NCBI GenBank assembly: GCA_017616775.1
Contig: JAFZXM010000028.1
Coordinates: 2,172 to 66,171, forward strand
Length of the DNA: 64,000 nucleotides
Direction of reading: 5' to 3'
DNA from: Bacteroidales bacterium
GTDB lineage: Bacteria > Bacteroidota > Bacteroidia > Bacteroidales > WCHB1-69
The stretch's first letter is position 1, and each line of letters begins with the position of its first letter. A program made the position numbers and the translations under genes. Below the pieces are notes generated by a model, which made no database searches, was not told the DNA's origin, and saw only the letters and a list, made by a program, of their open reading frames with translations. This document shows positions 1 to 8,646 of this stretch, in pieces.

Positions 1-1958
1 AAGGCGGAGGAGTGGTAAAAGCTTCTTATTCGCAATTTGTCAACAATAAAAAAGCCGTTCATTTTAATGCGTATACTCGTGTAAATAGTCATCATCAAGT
101 GATTGATAATGTATGTTATTTTCACCATTGTACATTCAGAGTAGATGATGATGCATATTTTACGGTAGATACAAGCAATGTGCAAGTGGCATTGCATGAT
201 GTAAGAGGAGTACAATTCAAGGGTTGCGATTTTGAGGATATGCAATCCAAAACGAATTGGAAAGATATGGGAACCGCTTTGTATGCTTGCAATGCAGGCT
301 TCAGACTCAACGAAAAGACTGATTATTTTCCAATTCCTGCTCCAAATTACGATCCCATTCCTTATCATGATACTGCATGTACTTTTTACAACTATAAAAA
401 CGCCATTGCCATAGTGGGTTCCGCAGAAAAGCCTGTAAAAATGTATAACACCTGTTTCAATAATAACAGTATAGGCGTAAATGCCAAAAATGCGGATGCC
501 TTGAGTATATTGTCCTGTTCTTTTTCAAGCGGAAGCGCTTCCCATAATACGGATGTGCTCGGTTTGATATTGGATTCCTGCAATTTGTACAGAATAGAAA
601 ACAACCAATTCTCCGGCATAGGCAACGGAATAAAGATAATAGGAAAAACGGAAGACAACAATACCATACGCCTGAATACATTCAGCCAATTGTGCAGAGC
701 CATAGAAGTATATGGAAATAATGGTACTCATCCTGAGAATATAATAGTTTCTCCATCTCCAGAATTAAAAGGTTTGCAATTTGAGTGCAATGATTTTGTA
801 ATGGACAGTACAGATATATACATAGCGGATCAAGCAACGATTAAAGTTTATCAAGGAAAGATAAATAGAGCTTGCGGAAACTATTTCGGGGAGCGTTCAA
901 AAATGCATTTTAATAATTTAAGCGGAAATTATTATTATTACTACTACAATAGCAATGTTTCCCATCAAATGCCTGTTCTTCACAACAATCTTTTTATTAC
1001 CGGAACTACTCCGGATATATGCGGCAATCGGCATGGGCATATCGGGGATTCGTATTATGACATGCCTATATCAATTTGGGATTGTGAAGATATATACGAA
1101 GCCAACTTACAACTTTATGAAATTGCTTTGGATAATTATCTTACCACATATAATGGAATGGCTATTGACTGGAGCAATATAATCTCTTTAGATGACCCTT
1201 CCAATCCTCAAGTTTATGATCTTATACAATTGTCGGAATTGAAAAACCTTTTGGATGAAACTTGCATACAAGCCGTACACATTCTCAATAATGCAACGGA
1301 ACCGGAAATTACGGAAATCAGTTCATGGTTGCAACGCTTGTCCTCATTGGATGCAGATTTGTTAAGCATACATTATATAACACAAGGAAATGATGCTTCT
1401 CAACTGCAACTGGCTTGGGATAATCTACTACAAACATGGTCATATGTACCGGTAGAAGATACTGCAGAATATCAACAATGTTTAAATTATTTACAAGCCT
1501 GGGCAAGAGATACCTCTTCCGATATAAACATATCACAGGGTGCAATAGATACCTTGACAGCCATTGCCAATGGTAATAACACGGCAAGTCCATACGCCGT
1601 ATCTGTGTTGGAAGGAATCAATGAACATTATCCGTGGTGGAAATTGCGTATCCACACCAGTTGTATTTGGACTAATCCCATAGGGTCTTTTTCTCCGAAA
1701 AAAGAAACGGATTCTGAACAAATGGACGGTGTTAGTTTACAACCTAACCCGACCGACGGAATGATGGAAATCAGGTCAAACAATGAAAAATTCAAACATA
1801 TAGAGTTGTTTGATATTTTCGGAAAAAGGTTAATGGACAGCAAAGTAAACGACAATACAATATCTTTGGATTTATCACATTATGCCAAAGGAATGTATCT
1901 GTTGCGATACACTTTGTCTGACGGAACCCAACAAACCAAGAAAATAATAAAAGAATAA
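1..1958 (+). CDS. secreted beta-helix-repeat protein with type-A T9SS C-terminal sorting domain (5' end probably outside the window)
   Basis: ORF 12..1958. The frame stays open back to nt 3 and the visible N-terminus has no signal peptide, so the gene likely starts upstream. Turns such as IENNQFSGIGNGIKIIG and RLNTFSQLCRAIEVYGNNG resemble right-handed beta-helix repeats. The last ~75 aa (LQPNPTDGMMEI...GMYLLRYTL...KKIIKE) fit the Por_Secre_tail (TIGR04183-type) pattern. Confidence 0.75.
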   Translation, partial: GGGVVKASYSQFVNNKKAVHFNAYTRVNSHHQVIDNVCYFHHCTFRVDDDAYFTVDTSNVQVALHDVRGVQFKGCDFEDMQSKTNWKDMGTALYACNAGFRLNEKTDYFPIPAPNYDPIPYHDTACTFYNYKNAIAIVGSAEKPVKMYNTCFNNNSIGVNAKNADALSILSCSFSSGSASHNTDVLGLILDSCNLYRIENNQFSGIGNGIKIIGKTEDNNTIRLNTFSQLCRAIEVYGNNGTHPENIIVSPSPELKGLQFECNDFVMDSTDIYIADQATIKVYQGKINRACGNYFGERSKMHFNNLSGNYYYYYYNSNVSHQMPVLHNNLFITGTTPDICGNRHGHIGDSYYDMPISIWDCEDIYEANLQLYEIALDNYLTTYNGMAIDWSNIISLDDPSNPQVYDLIQLSELKNLLDETCIQAVHILNNATEPEITEISSWLQRLSSLDADLLSIHYITQGNDASQLQLAWDNLLQTWSYVPVEDTAEYQQCLNYLQAWARDTSSDINISQGAIDTLTAIANGNNTASPYAVSVLEGINEHYPWWKLRIHTSCIWTNPIGSFSPKKETDSEQMDGVSLQPNPTDGMMEIRSNNEKFKHIELFDIFGKRLMDSKVNDNTISLDLSHYAKGMYLLRYTLSDGTQQTKKIIKE

Positions 1959-1980
1959 TAATCAATAATTTTTTTATATT

Positions 1981-3285
1981 ATGAGAAGAATAATTTTAAC
2001 ATTAGTTGCCATGAGCCTTTTAGGCAATGTGTTTTCACAAAACACCAAGACCATTACTTTTACCGCCCGCTGTACAGACAGTTCCTATATACAGTTATCT
2101 TCAGTGAAGGTGGAAAATCTTAGCAAACATTGGGTACAGACCTTGGAATGGGCGGATACAACACTCATACTCAACAAGGTGGGCATACATGAAGGAAATG
2201 CCACCGCTTTTTCTTTGGCACAAAATACGCCCAATCCTTTTAACGGGCAGACAAGCATTAACCTGCAATTGCCGCAGGATGAAGAAGCAAGCATAGCTTT
2301 GTATGACTTGTCGGGCAAGCAATACATGTATAAAACAGCAAACTTGTCTGCAGGAAATTATACCATACAACTCAGCGTGGGCACACCGCAGATGTATCTT
2401 TTGCAAGTGCAGACCGCACAGGGAAGCCGAAGCATTAAAATGTTGGCAGAAACAGGTGCGGGAAATTTTTCCATGCAAATACAGGCTGTTGAAAAACATA
2501 TTTCTTTAGTCCGCAAAGCAGACAGCCAATACGACTTTACTATCGGAGATAGAATGCAATACACGGCAATTTGCCAAATACAGGGAGAAACGCAGATTCG
2601 CAGCATGTACGATACCATAACCGCCAAAGATACAGCCATTGCCTTTGTATTTAATCCTGTGAACGGCTATGCCTTGTTGGATATTTATTATGACAGTTTG
2701 GGTTTTCCTGAAGGCATTGTATGGCATTTAAGCGATACCATAGCTGTCATTAACAACAAACCTTACTGCAAGCATGGTAAGATACTTGGGCTGGATGAAG
2801 GTGGAGGCATGTACAGTTCGTATGCAGACGGAAAATTCGCCTATGCCTTTGATTCCTTGGACGGGGAATCCAATACCGACAGCCTGATGAAATTAAGATA
2901 TGACACCACTTTGAGTTTTCCGGAACGTTTGCAGGCAGCCCCATGGTGCAGAGCAAAAGGAGCGGACTGGTATTTGCCTGCCATATTGGAAGTGTTGGAA
3001 TTCAGAGTTTATAGGGATACTATCAATTATATATTGCGGGATGTAGCAGGCTGGTCTCCATTCCGAGGCGCTAAGCCTGAAGATCTTGCTATAGGAATAT
3101 GGAGCAGTACGGAAGTGGATAATGCTGCAACGGAACCAAGAAAAAGAAAAGCATATTACTCATCTTTTGGTCGTTTGTATGATATTGGTATCAATGATTT
3201 TGGCAAGTATCATGATTATTATGGCAGCATTATGATTGGAGAAACATATAGAGAAATATGCGTTCGAGCCGTCAAAAAGTTTTAA
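1981..3285 (+). CDS. secreted DUF1566/Lcl-like protein with an internal T9SS-CTD-like domain
   Basis: Signal peptide MRRIILTLVAMSLLGNVFSQ. Residues ~79-155 (NTPNPFNGQTSINLQL...LYDLSGKQ...AGNYTIQL...MYLLQVQTAQGSRSIKML) read like a Por_Secre_tail domain but sit near the N-terminus. The C-terminal part has DUF1566-type motifs (DWYLPAILEVLEF, IWSSTE, terminal VRAVKKF). Confidence 0.7.
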   Translation: MRRIILTLVAMSLLGNVFSQNTKTITFTARCTDSSYIQLSSVKVENLSKHWVQTLEWADTTLILNKVGIHEGNATAFSLAQNTPNPFNGQTSINLQLPQDEEASIALYDLSGKQYMYKTANLSAGNYTIQLSVGTPQMYLLQVQTAQGSRSIKMLAETGAGNFSMQIQAVEKHISLVRKADSQYDFTIGDRMQYTAICQIQGETQIRSMYDTITAKDTAIAFVFNPVNGYALLDIYYDSLGFPEGIVWHLSDTIAVINNKPYCKHGKILGLDEGGGMYSSYADGKFAYAFDSLDGESNTDSLMKLRYDTTLSFPERLQAAPWCRAKGADWYLPAILEVLEFRVYRDTINYILRDVAGWSPFRGAKPEDLAIGIWSSTEVDNAATEPRKRKAYYSSFGRLYDIGINDFGKYHDYYGSIMIGETYREICVRAVKKF

Positions 3286-3290
3286 ATAAA

Positions 3291-3320
3291 AGAAAATGCC
3301 GCATAAGCGGCATTTTCTTT
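3291..3320. terminator. bidirectional Rho-independent terminator
   Basis: Perfect 12-bp stem AGAAAATGCCGC / GCGGCATTTTCT with loop ATAA, an A-run on one side and a T-run on the other. It lies between the convergent genes ending at 3285 (+) and 3402 (-). Confidence 0.75.
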
Positions 3321-3341
3321 ATGGGGAATGTTTACAAATGC

Positions 3342-3349
3342 TATCTTTG
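3342..3349 (+). promoter_or_regulatory. orphan Bacteroidota -7 box (TATCTTTGCA) with no downstream plus-strand gene
   Basis: Exact match to the extended TAnnTTTGCA motif seen in front of real genes in this window. It points into the 3' end of the minus-strand aminotransferase gene. Confidence 0.35.
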
Positions 3350-3401
3350 CAAAATAGTATAAGCAGTTAATATTTCAAATTTTAACTATTTACCATATTT
3401 T

Positions 3402-4556
3402 TTATACCAAAAACTCGTTGATATTGTCAAGAAACTGCAGTATTTTTTCTATATTTTTTTCATCTGTAGGAAGGTTCAGAATTTGCCGGGATTTTTCCAT
3501 GGCAACAGGGAAATCTTTGGCGTGCAGATTCCAAGTTTCCCAGTTTTCCCGTACAGGGTGGATGGGACTGCAAAACCATTCTCCGAGTGGAATATGTTGT
3601 TTTTCAGCCAAAGCGAGCACACGTTCCCTTTGTTTTACCAAAACGGGAAATTTTAAGAAGGCATGGTCGGGGAATAATTGCGGATTGACAAAGGTTTTGT
3701 TGTGTTTCAATAGATAATCGTTATATAGGCGGGCATTGTGTTTGCGTAATTGCATAAGGTGCGGGAGGGTTTGCAAATTCTGCAGTCCTTTTTTTATTTG
3801 TGCGTCCGACATGGCTTTGAAATAATGATTGGGCTGTGCAACGGAGCAGATTTCCATTCCGGAGGAAGAGCCTTGTACCAATTGATGTCTGCTCAGCCAG
3901 CGGTAAAGAGAAATCATGTGCCAATAGCATTTGTCGGAAAGAATTTTTTCCCGGACAAAATATAACATACGCAAAGACATCGTGTCTTTGATTGCCGGCT
4001 GTTCAAGATTACTATTGACAAGAGCCAAATTCTGTTCCAGCGTTTTATCTTGTATAAAGGCGAATCCCCCCACACCGGTGCTAAACGGTTTGTTCCATTG
4101 TGTGGAATAAAAAGCGGCGTCGCAATAAGTCCCGTTAGGCTTGCCTTTATAGGTGCCTCCAAATCCATGGGTGCAGTCTTCTATGGTGTAGATATGGTGT
4201 TGTCGGGCTAAACGATGGATGGCGTCCACATTGGATGACAGCCCGAAGGTGTTTTGGCAAATAATCACTTTTGTGCGTGGCGAAATGGCTTTTTCTATGC
4301 CGGCAATGTCGGCATTGTAGGTGTGGGGGTCTATGTCTACATAAACGGGGGTCGCTCCCAAATATTTGATGGCGTTGGGCACCACCACACAGGTGAAAGC
4401 CGGCAATATCACTTCATCGCCTTTGCCTACTTGCATGGCTTGCAGGATGGCATATAATGCCACACGACCTTTGTAATACAAGTAAATATGGTCGGCAGTG
4501 GTGTCAAGATAAGAAGCTAATTGCTGTTTATATTGGTATTCTAACGATTTATTCAT
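3402..4556 (-). CDS. DegT/DnrJ/EryC1/StrS-family PLP-dependent sugar aminotransferase
   Basis: 384 aa. Motifs DEVILPAFTCVVVPNAIKYLGATPVYVDID and FYSTQWNKPFSTGVGG (PLP lysine region) are typical of NDP-ketosugar aminotransferases. Last gene of the polysaccharide string. Confidence 0.85.
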   Translation of the reverse strand: MNKSLEYQYKQQLASYLDTTADHIYLYYKGRVALYAILQAMQVGKGDEVILPAFTCVVVPNAIKYLGATPVYVDIDPHTYNADIAGIEKAISPRTKVIICQNTFGLSSNVDAIHRLARQHHIYTIEDCTHGFGGTYKGKPNGTYCDAAFYSTQWNKPFSTGVGGFAFIQDKTLEQNLALVNSNLEQPAIKDTMSLRMLYFVREKILSDKCYWHMISLYRWLSRHQLVQGSSSGMEICSVAQPNHYFKAMSDAQIKKGLQNLQTLPHLMQLRKHNARLYNDYLLKHNKTFVNPQLFPDHAFLKFPVLVKQRERVLALAEKQHIPLGEWFCSPIHPVRENWETWNLHAKDFPVAMEKSRQILNLPTDEKNIEKILQFLDNINEFLV

Positions 4557-5535
4557 GTTTTATGTTTTTAAATATGCCTGCAAGTGAGCCGATAGCATAA
4601 GAAAAATGTATGACGATAAAAGCCTGTAGCAAATATCCGAAATGACATTTTTTGTGCAGTGAAATAGAAATACAAGTGATGCAGAGAAATGTCAAATACA
4701 GACATAAGGAAATGATAGACAACAGGATAAGAGGTTTATAAAATACAAATCCGATAAGAGGCAGGATGAGTGAGAGCAGAAACAATAGCGGAATGAAGTG
4801 TCTTAACGAAAGAGAGGAGAATTGTTGGGTGATTTTCACGGTGAGCAAATTCCATAATCCGTTGAGATAATTGTTTTTGGCTATGCCGGAAAATGTTTCT
4901 CGGGCATAGTAGGTGCATAGGGCTTCGGGAATGAGCAGAATTTTTCCGCCCCCGTTGCGGATGCGTTTGTTGAGTTCTATATCTTGGTTGCGTACCAGCA
5001 AGGTGTTGTAAAGACCGAAGCGGTCAAAAACATCACGTCTAAAGCAACCGAAGGGAACGGTGTCAACTTCCATCATGTGTTGGGTTCCGGTGCGGAACGA
5101 GGAATTGCCCACACCGAACGGATGTTGCAAAACTTCACATATCGCCATGGATTTGGGAGTGCGGCGGAGAACGTCGGTGCGGCAGACACAGCCGATATTG
5201 TCGGCATGATATTCGCATAGATATTTGGTCAGTGTGGAAAAATATTGTTTGTCATAACTTGTATGGGCGTCCAATCGCATGATGATGTCACCTTTGGCAT
5301 TTTCTATGCCGGTATTCATGGCATAGGGGACTATCCGGTGAGGATTGTCCAACAAGTGTATGTAGGAATATTGTTGAGCATATTGCAGGATAATAGTCCG
5401 CGTGGCATCATTGCTGAGTCCGTCAACAAACAATACTTCCAAATCCTCTTTGTCGTAATCCTGATTGATGATGGATTGCAGGCAGTTGTGTATATATTTT
5501 TCTTCGTTGTATATCGGTATAATTACGCTAAGCAT
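4549..5535 (-). CDS. family-2 glycosyltransferase with C-terminal transmembrane segments (ExoA-like)
   Basis: MLSVIIPIYNEEKYIHNCLQSIINQDY...VDGLSNDAT is a GT2 N-terminus. The hydrophobic C-terminal ~100 aa look like TM helices. I moved the start to the ATG at 5535, since the track ORF extends to 5616 and would overlap the upstream gene by 89 nt. Confidence 0.8.
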   Translation of the reverse strand: MLSVIIPIYNEEKYIHNCLQSIINQDYDKEDLEVLFVDGLSNDATRTIILQYAQQYSYIHLLDNPHRIVPYAMNTGIENAKGDIIMRLDAHTSYDKQYFSTLTKYLCEYHADNIGCVCRTDVLRRTPKSMAICEVLQHPFGVGNSSFRTGTQHMMEVDTVPFGCFRRDVFDRFGLYNTLLVRNQDIELNKRIRNGGGKILLIPEALCTYYARETFSGIAKNNYLNGLWNLLTVKITQQFSSLSLRHFIPLLFLLSLILPLIGFVFYKPLILLSIISLCLYLTFLCITCISISLHKKCHFGYLLQAFIVIHFSYAIGSLAGIFKNIKHE

Positions 5536-6664
5536 GATGGGTGAGGTCTTGTTGGGAATGAATGGTATAGATATCCATATATTGTCGGGCGATATTCGTC
5601 CATCGGTATTGCTCAAAACGGATGTTTTGATTGGAATAATAACAATAGTTTTCCAATATTTTCGTCAAGGCGGCTATTAGTTCTTTTTGGTTCACTTTGT
5701 TGAGTTTTTCACCGCAGTGTTCGTCTATCAGTCCGTCTATGCCTTCGTGTGCGGTATATACAACGGGAATGTTTTGTGAAAGGGCTTCCATGTAAACCAA
5801 CCCGAATGTTTCGTGCAAAGACGGCAAGGCAAAAATGGCATGATGGCTATATTGTTGTTTTAACAAATCAAGGTCGTTGATTTGTCCCGGGTAAGCAATA
5901 AATTCGGGATGTTTGTTTGCCAATTGTCGTATCACGGATTCGTCTTCCCCTCCGGAACCGATATATCGGAGTTGAATATCGGGATAGGTGTGGCGTAATG
6001 CTTTAACGGCTTTTGCCAATAGCGGTGCTCGCTTGGATTTTATAAATGAGCCTACATATAGTATTTGATAGTTGTTGACAGGTTTTTCCTTGTTGAGATG
6101 ATCTATCCAATAGTCGTTGAGTCCATTGGGGATAATGCTTATTTTATCGGCTATTTCGGGATATATTTGTTGAATCAGCGGATGTCGGAAAAATAGCGGC
6201 TGCATGGCAGGCGAAACAAATATGATTTTTGATGCATGCAAGAGTATTTTTTTTGCCGTATGCCACGTGTGAGGCATATATTTTAGAAAAAGATTCACAT
6301 CGGTATTCCGTATGTTTATCACATAAGGAATATGGTATTGCTGATAGATTTTGTAGGCGACTCCGCCATCGCTGAAAAGGGTGGTGGCATGACAGATATC
6401 TATCTTGTCCAAAGCAATATGACGGGTGAGATAACGGAAAATGTGCTGCAACTTAATGTGGTATGCCAACCGGTGAAAAGGTCGGATAATATGTGCATAT
6501 TCAAACGAGGCGGCCTTGGATTTAAAAATATTGTTGCCTATTAAACCGGCCTTGCGGACAGGACAAAATATGGTTTGCTCTATTCCCGTTTCGTCAAGGC
6601 TTTGGTAGAGGTGTCGGTGAACTTTTGACCCGCTGAAATCGTTACAAAGATGAAGTATGTGCAT
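5528..6664 (-). CDS. GT4-family (GT-B fold) glycosyltransferase
   Basis: C-terminal LPSLHETFGLVYMEALSQNIPVV is the EX7E-type GT4 signature. Start moved to MHILHLCNDFSG (ATG at 6664). The track start at 6739 would overlap the upstream gene by 71 nt. Confidence 0.8.
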   Translation of the reverse strand: MHILHLCNDFSGSKVHRHLYQSLDETGIEQTIFCPVRKAGLIGNNIFKSKAASFEYAHIIRPFHRLAYHIKLQHIFRYLTRHIALDKIDICHATTLFSDGGVAYKIYQQYHIPYVINIRNTDVNLFLKYMPHTWHTAKKILLHASKIIFVSPAMQPLFFRHPLIQQIYPEIADKISIIPNGLNDYWIDHLNKEKPVNNYQILYVGSFIKSKRAPLLAKAVKALRHTYPDIQLRYIGSGGEDESVIRQLANKHPEFIAYPGQINDLDLLKQQYSHHAIFALPSLHETFGLVYMEALSQNIPVVYTAHEGIDGLIDEHCGEKLNKVNQKELIAALTKILENYCYYSNQNIRFEQYRWTNIARQYMDIYTIHSQQDLTHHA

Positions 6665-6668
6665 ATTG

Positions 6669-7556
6669 TTATTTTTTTTGAGGAAGTGTAAGCATATCCC
6701 CGAATAGTTTTTGAGTGGCAGGCAGTCTGCCCAAGTCAAAGCCTCCTCCGGGTGTGAATGTAAGTTCTCCGAAATATACCTTTCCGTTTTCTATGTAGAA
6801 GTCAGCCCGCACAAAAGGAAAGGGCTTGGAAAGTATTTCTGCACAACGAAAGGCTTCGTCTATGCCATCGGGTTTGGGCATGGTGAAATTGTCCGGAGCA
6901 TCCTTGCCCATTTGGTTGAATCGTTGCAGTTGCCATTGTCTGTCGAAAAAATAAAAAGACGGTTTCCGGGTTTCGCTCCTGTTGTAGCAGCAAAGCACAT
7001 ATTTTGCTTCCCCGTTGAAACAGTAGAATTTGTAGTCCGTAGGGGTGCCTCCGTCTTCCGCTTCAATAAAACGCTCGCACAGCAATATTTTTTTCATCTT
7101 ATATTGGGGTTCCGCACATATCAGGTGCGCTTTTGTCTTTTGAAACGCCTTCAGCTCCCGCACGGCTTTTGCTTTGTCCAATTGCGTTTTGTCAAAACAA
7201 ATCACATTGCCGCCACAACCGAAATTCCATTTCAACACAAAACGGTCGGGAAGCACATCCCAATTGATATATTCGGGTGATTTATAAGTGGCTGTCAATT
7301 CGTTTAATATATGTTCCAAGCCACATTCCCTGACATATTCCCTTACCCTGTATTTGTCTGCACATTGGTACACCAATGGATTGTCTTTGTAATAATAGAG
7401 TTTCATCCACTGGATTTTTTCATCCAAAGTGACAGGTTGTTTCAGATTGAGTTTTTTATGAAAATAGTAGTAATACAAAAGTTTTACCGCCAATGCTGGG
7501 GAAAGGCTGCAAAGCAAGTATCTAAACCATAAATTTGTTTTTGAGCGTATCTGCAT
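6669..7556 (-). CDS. ATP-grasp amidoligase, TupA-like family
   Basis: LDEKIQWMKLYYYKDNPLVYQCADKYRVREYV..., KWNFGCGGN, ADFYIENGKVYFGELTFTPGGG resemble the ATPgrasp_TupA family. Start placed at the ATG at 7556 (MQIRSKTN...), 10 nt after the upstream stop. Confidence 0.7.
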   Translation of the reverse strand: MQIRSKTNLWFRYLLCSLSPALAVKLLYYYYFHKKLNLKQPVTLDEKIQWMKLYYYKDNPLVYQCADKYRVREYVRECGLEHILNELTATYKSPEYINWDVLPDRFVLKWNFGCGGNVICFDKTQLDKAKAVRELKAFQKTKAHLICAEPQYKMKKILLCERFIEAEDGGTPTDYKFYCFNGEAKYVLCCYNRSETRKPSFYFFDRQWQLQRFNQMGKDAPDNFTMPKPDGIDEAFRCAEILSKPFPFVRADFYIENGKVYFGELTFTPGGGFDLGRLPATQKLFGDMLTLPQKK

Positions 7557-7566
7557 AGTGCTTTTT

Positions 7567-8646
7567 TTACCAATGTGGATTGCGAGTGTTGGGTTTTTGA
7601 TAGATGGTGGAGAGTATTTGTTTGGTGTACTCACCGAAAGCGGGACCGTTGGCCGTTTGGCTTAAGTCAGGATTGGCATTCCATTCAATAAAAACAGGGT
7701 CACCTTCAACATCTACGGCGAAATCCCATGCGGCAATGTCAAAATAAGGTAGTTGGTAGTGTAGTTCTTTTACCGTTTCTATTACCTTTTGATAGGAAGG
7801 TATGGCATATCCGTTTAGTTCTATTCCCGTGTCGGTATGGGTGACCATATCGTTGCCCGGGGCTCCGTATGCATATTTGGCAAGCGTACCGTCTGCATTG
7901 ATTCTTGCACTTATTCCTCCGGCACTTTCATTGTCGATTACTTGGTTGAGTTTGCCTATGCGTATGACAGTATATAATATGATGATATCCATCCCATTAC
8001 GATAGGAAAGCAAGCGTATGGTGTTGGCGGAAGTCGGGTTGAGGGCTTCCAAGGCAGGGTGTTGTTGTATTCTTTCTTGGACTAAAAAATTTTGTTGATA
8101 GTCGTCAAATATTTGATGAATGCTTTTATGGTCGGTATCGGAAATGCCGTTATGGATGTTTAATGCTTTCACTCCTTGTCCTCGTGTGGACATAGATGGT
8201 TTGATAATGGCATTGTCCAAATTTTCACACAAAGCTATTGCTTCTTCGCGGGTGATGGCTTTGTCTTGTGTGTAAAAGTAGCCGTTCATGTTTTTTATAA
8301 TCAGTTTGGGCTGCTTTACATCAGGAAAAAGCGTGTAGGATATGTTTTTGTCTGCGTATGCTTCCATAAACGGAAATTGGTTCATGCGTCCGATGAGTTC
8401 GGTGCGATACAGACTCAGTGGCATATAGTCAATGGCAAAAACACCGGTGCGGGAATACATGAATTGATGCCATATAGTGGGAACTTTGTGCCCTACCAAT
8501 GGTTTATAATAGGATTGTATGCTCTTTTCCTGTTCTTTGGAGAGAGGGCGTTTTACCTTTAGTTTTTGATATTTTTTTTGTATCTCTATTGTAAAATTGC
8601 GAACAACTATTCGTTTTTTTAGTAAATCAATAATTTTTATATTCAT
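7567..8646 (-). CDS. ATP-grasp amidoligase, sugar-transfer-associated family
   Basis: 359 aa. IIKPSMSTRGQGV, FLVQERIQQH, NESAGGISARINADGTL and FIEWNANPDL resemble the ATPgrasp_ST (alpha-L-glutamate-ligase-like) family. Overlaps the wzx 3' end by 20 nt. Confidence 0.65.
   Translation of the reverse strand: MNIKIIDLLKKRIVVRNFTIEIQKKYQKLKVKRPLSKEQEKSIQSYYKPLVGHKVPTIWHQFMYSRTGVFAIDYMPLSLYRTELIGRMNQFPFMEAYADKNISYTLFPDVKQPKLIIKNMNGYFYTQDKAITREEAIALCENLDNAIIKPSMSTRGQGVKALNIHNGISDTDHKSIHQIFDDYQQNFLVQERIQQHPALEALNPTSANTIRLLSYRNGMDIIILYTVIRIGKLNQVIDNESAGGISARINADGTLAKYAYGAPGNDMVTHTDTGIELNGYAIPSYQKVIETVKELHYQLPYFDIAAWDFAVDVEGDPVFIEWNANPDLSQTANGPAFGEYTKQILSTIYQKPNTRNPHW

Noticed and set aside
930-947. 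(TAT)3(TAC)3 tract encoding six consecutive tyrosines (NYYYYYYN) in the first cargo protein.
   Set aside because: It is in-frame, short and interrupted at the DNA level. At most it would give a length polymorphism with no clear functional implication.
5528-7634. Apparent 70-90-nt overlaps between consecutive polysaccharide genes in the ORF track (4549..5616 with 5528..6739, 5528..6739 with 6669..7634, 6669..7634 with 7567..8646), considered as possible frameshifted fusions or nested genes.
   Set aside because: Each downstream gene has an internal ATG (5535, 6664, 7556) that removes the overlap and begins exactly where the family-typical N-terminus starts (MLSVIIPIYN, MHILHLCNDFSG, MQIRSK...). 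The extensions are simply upstream open frame.
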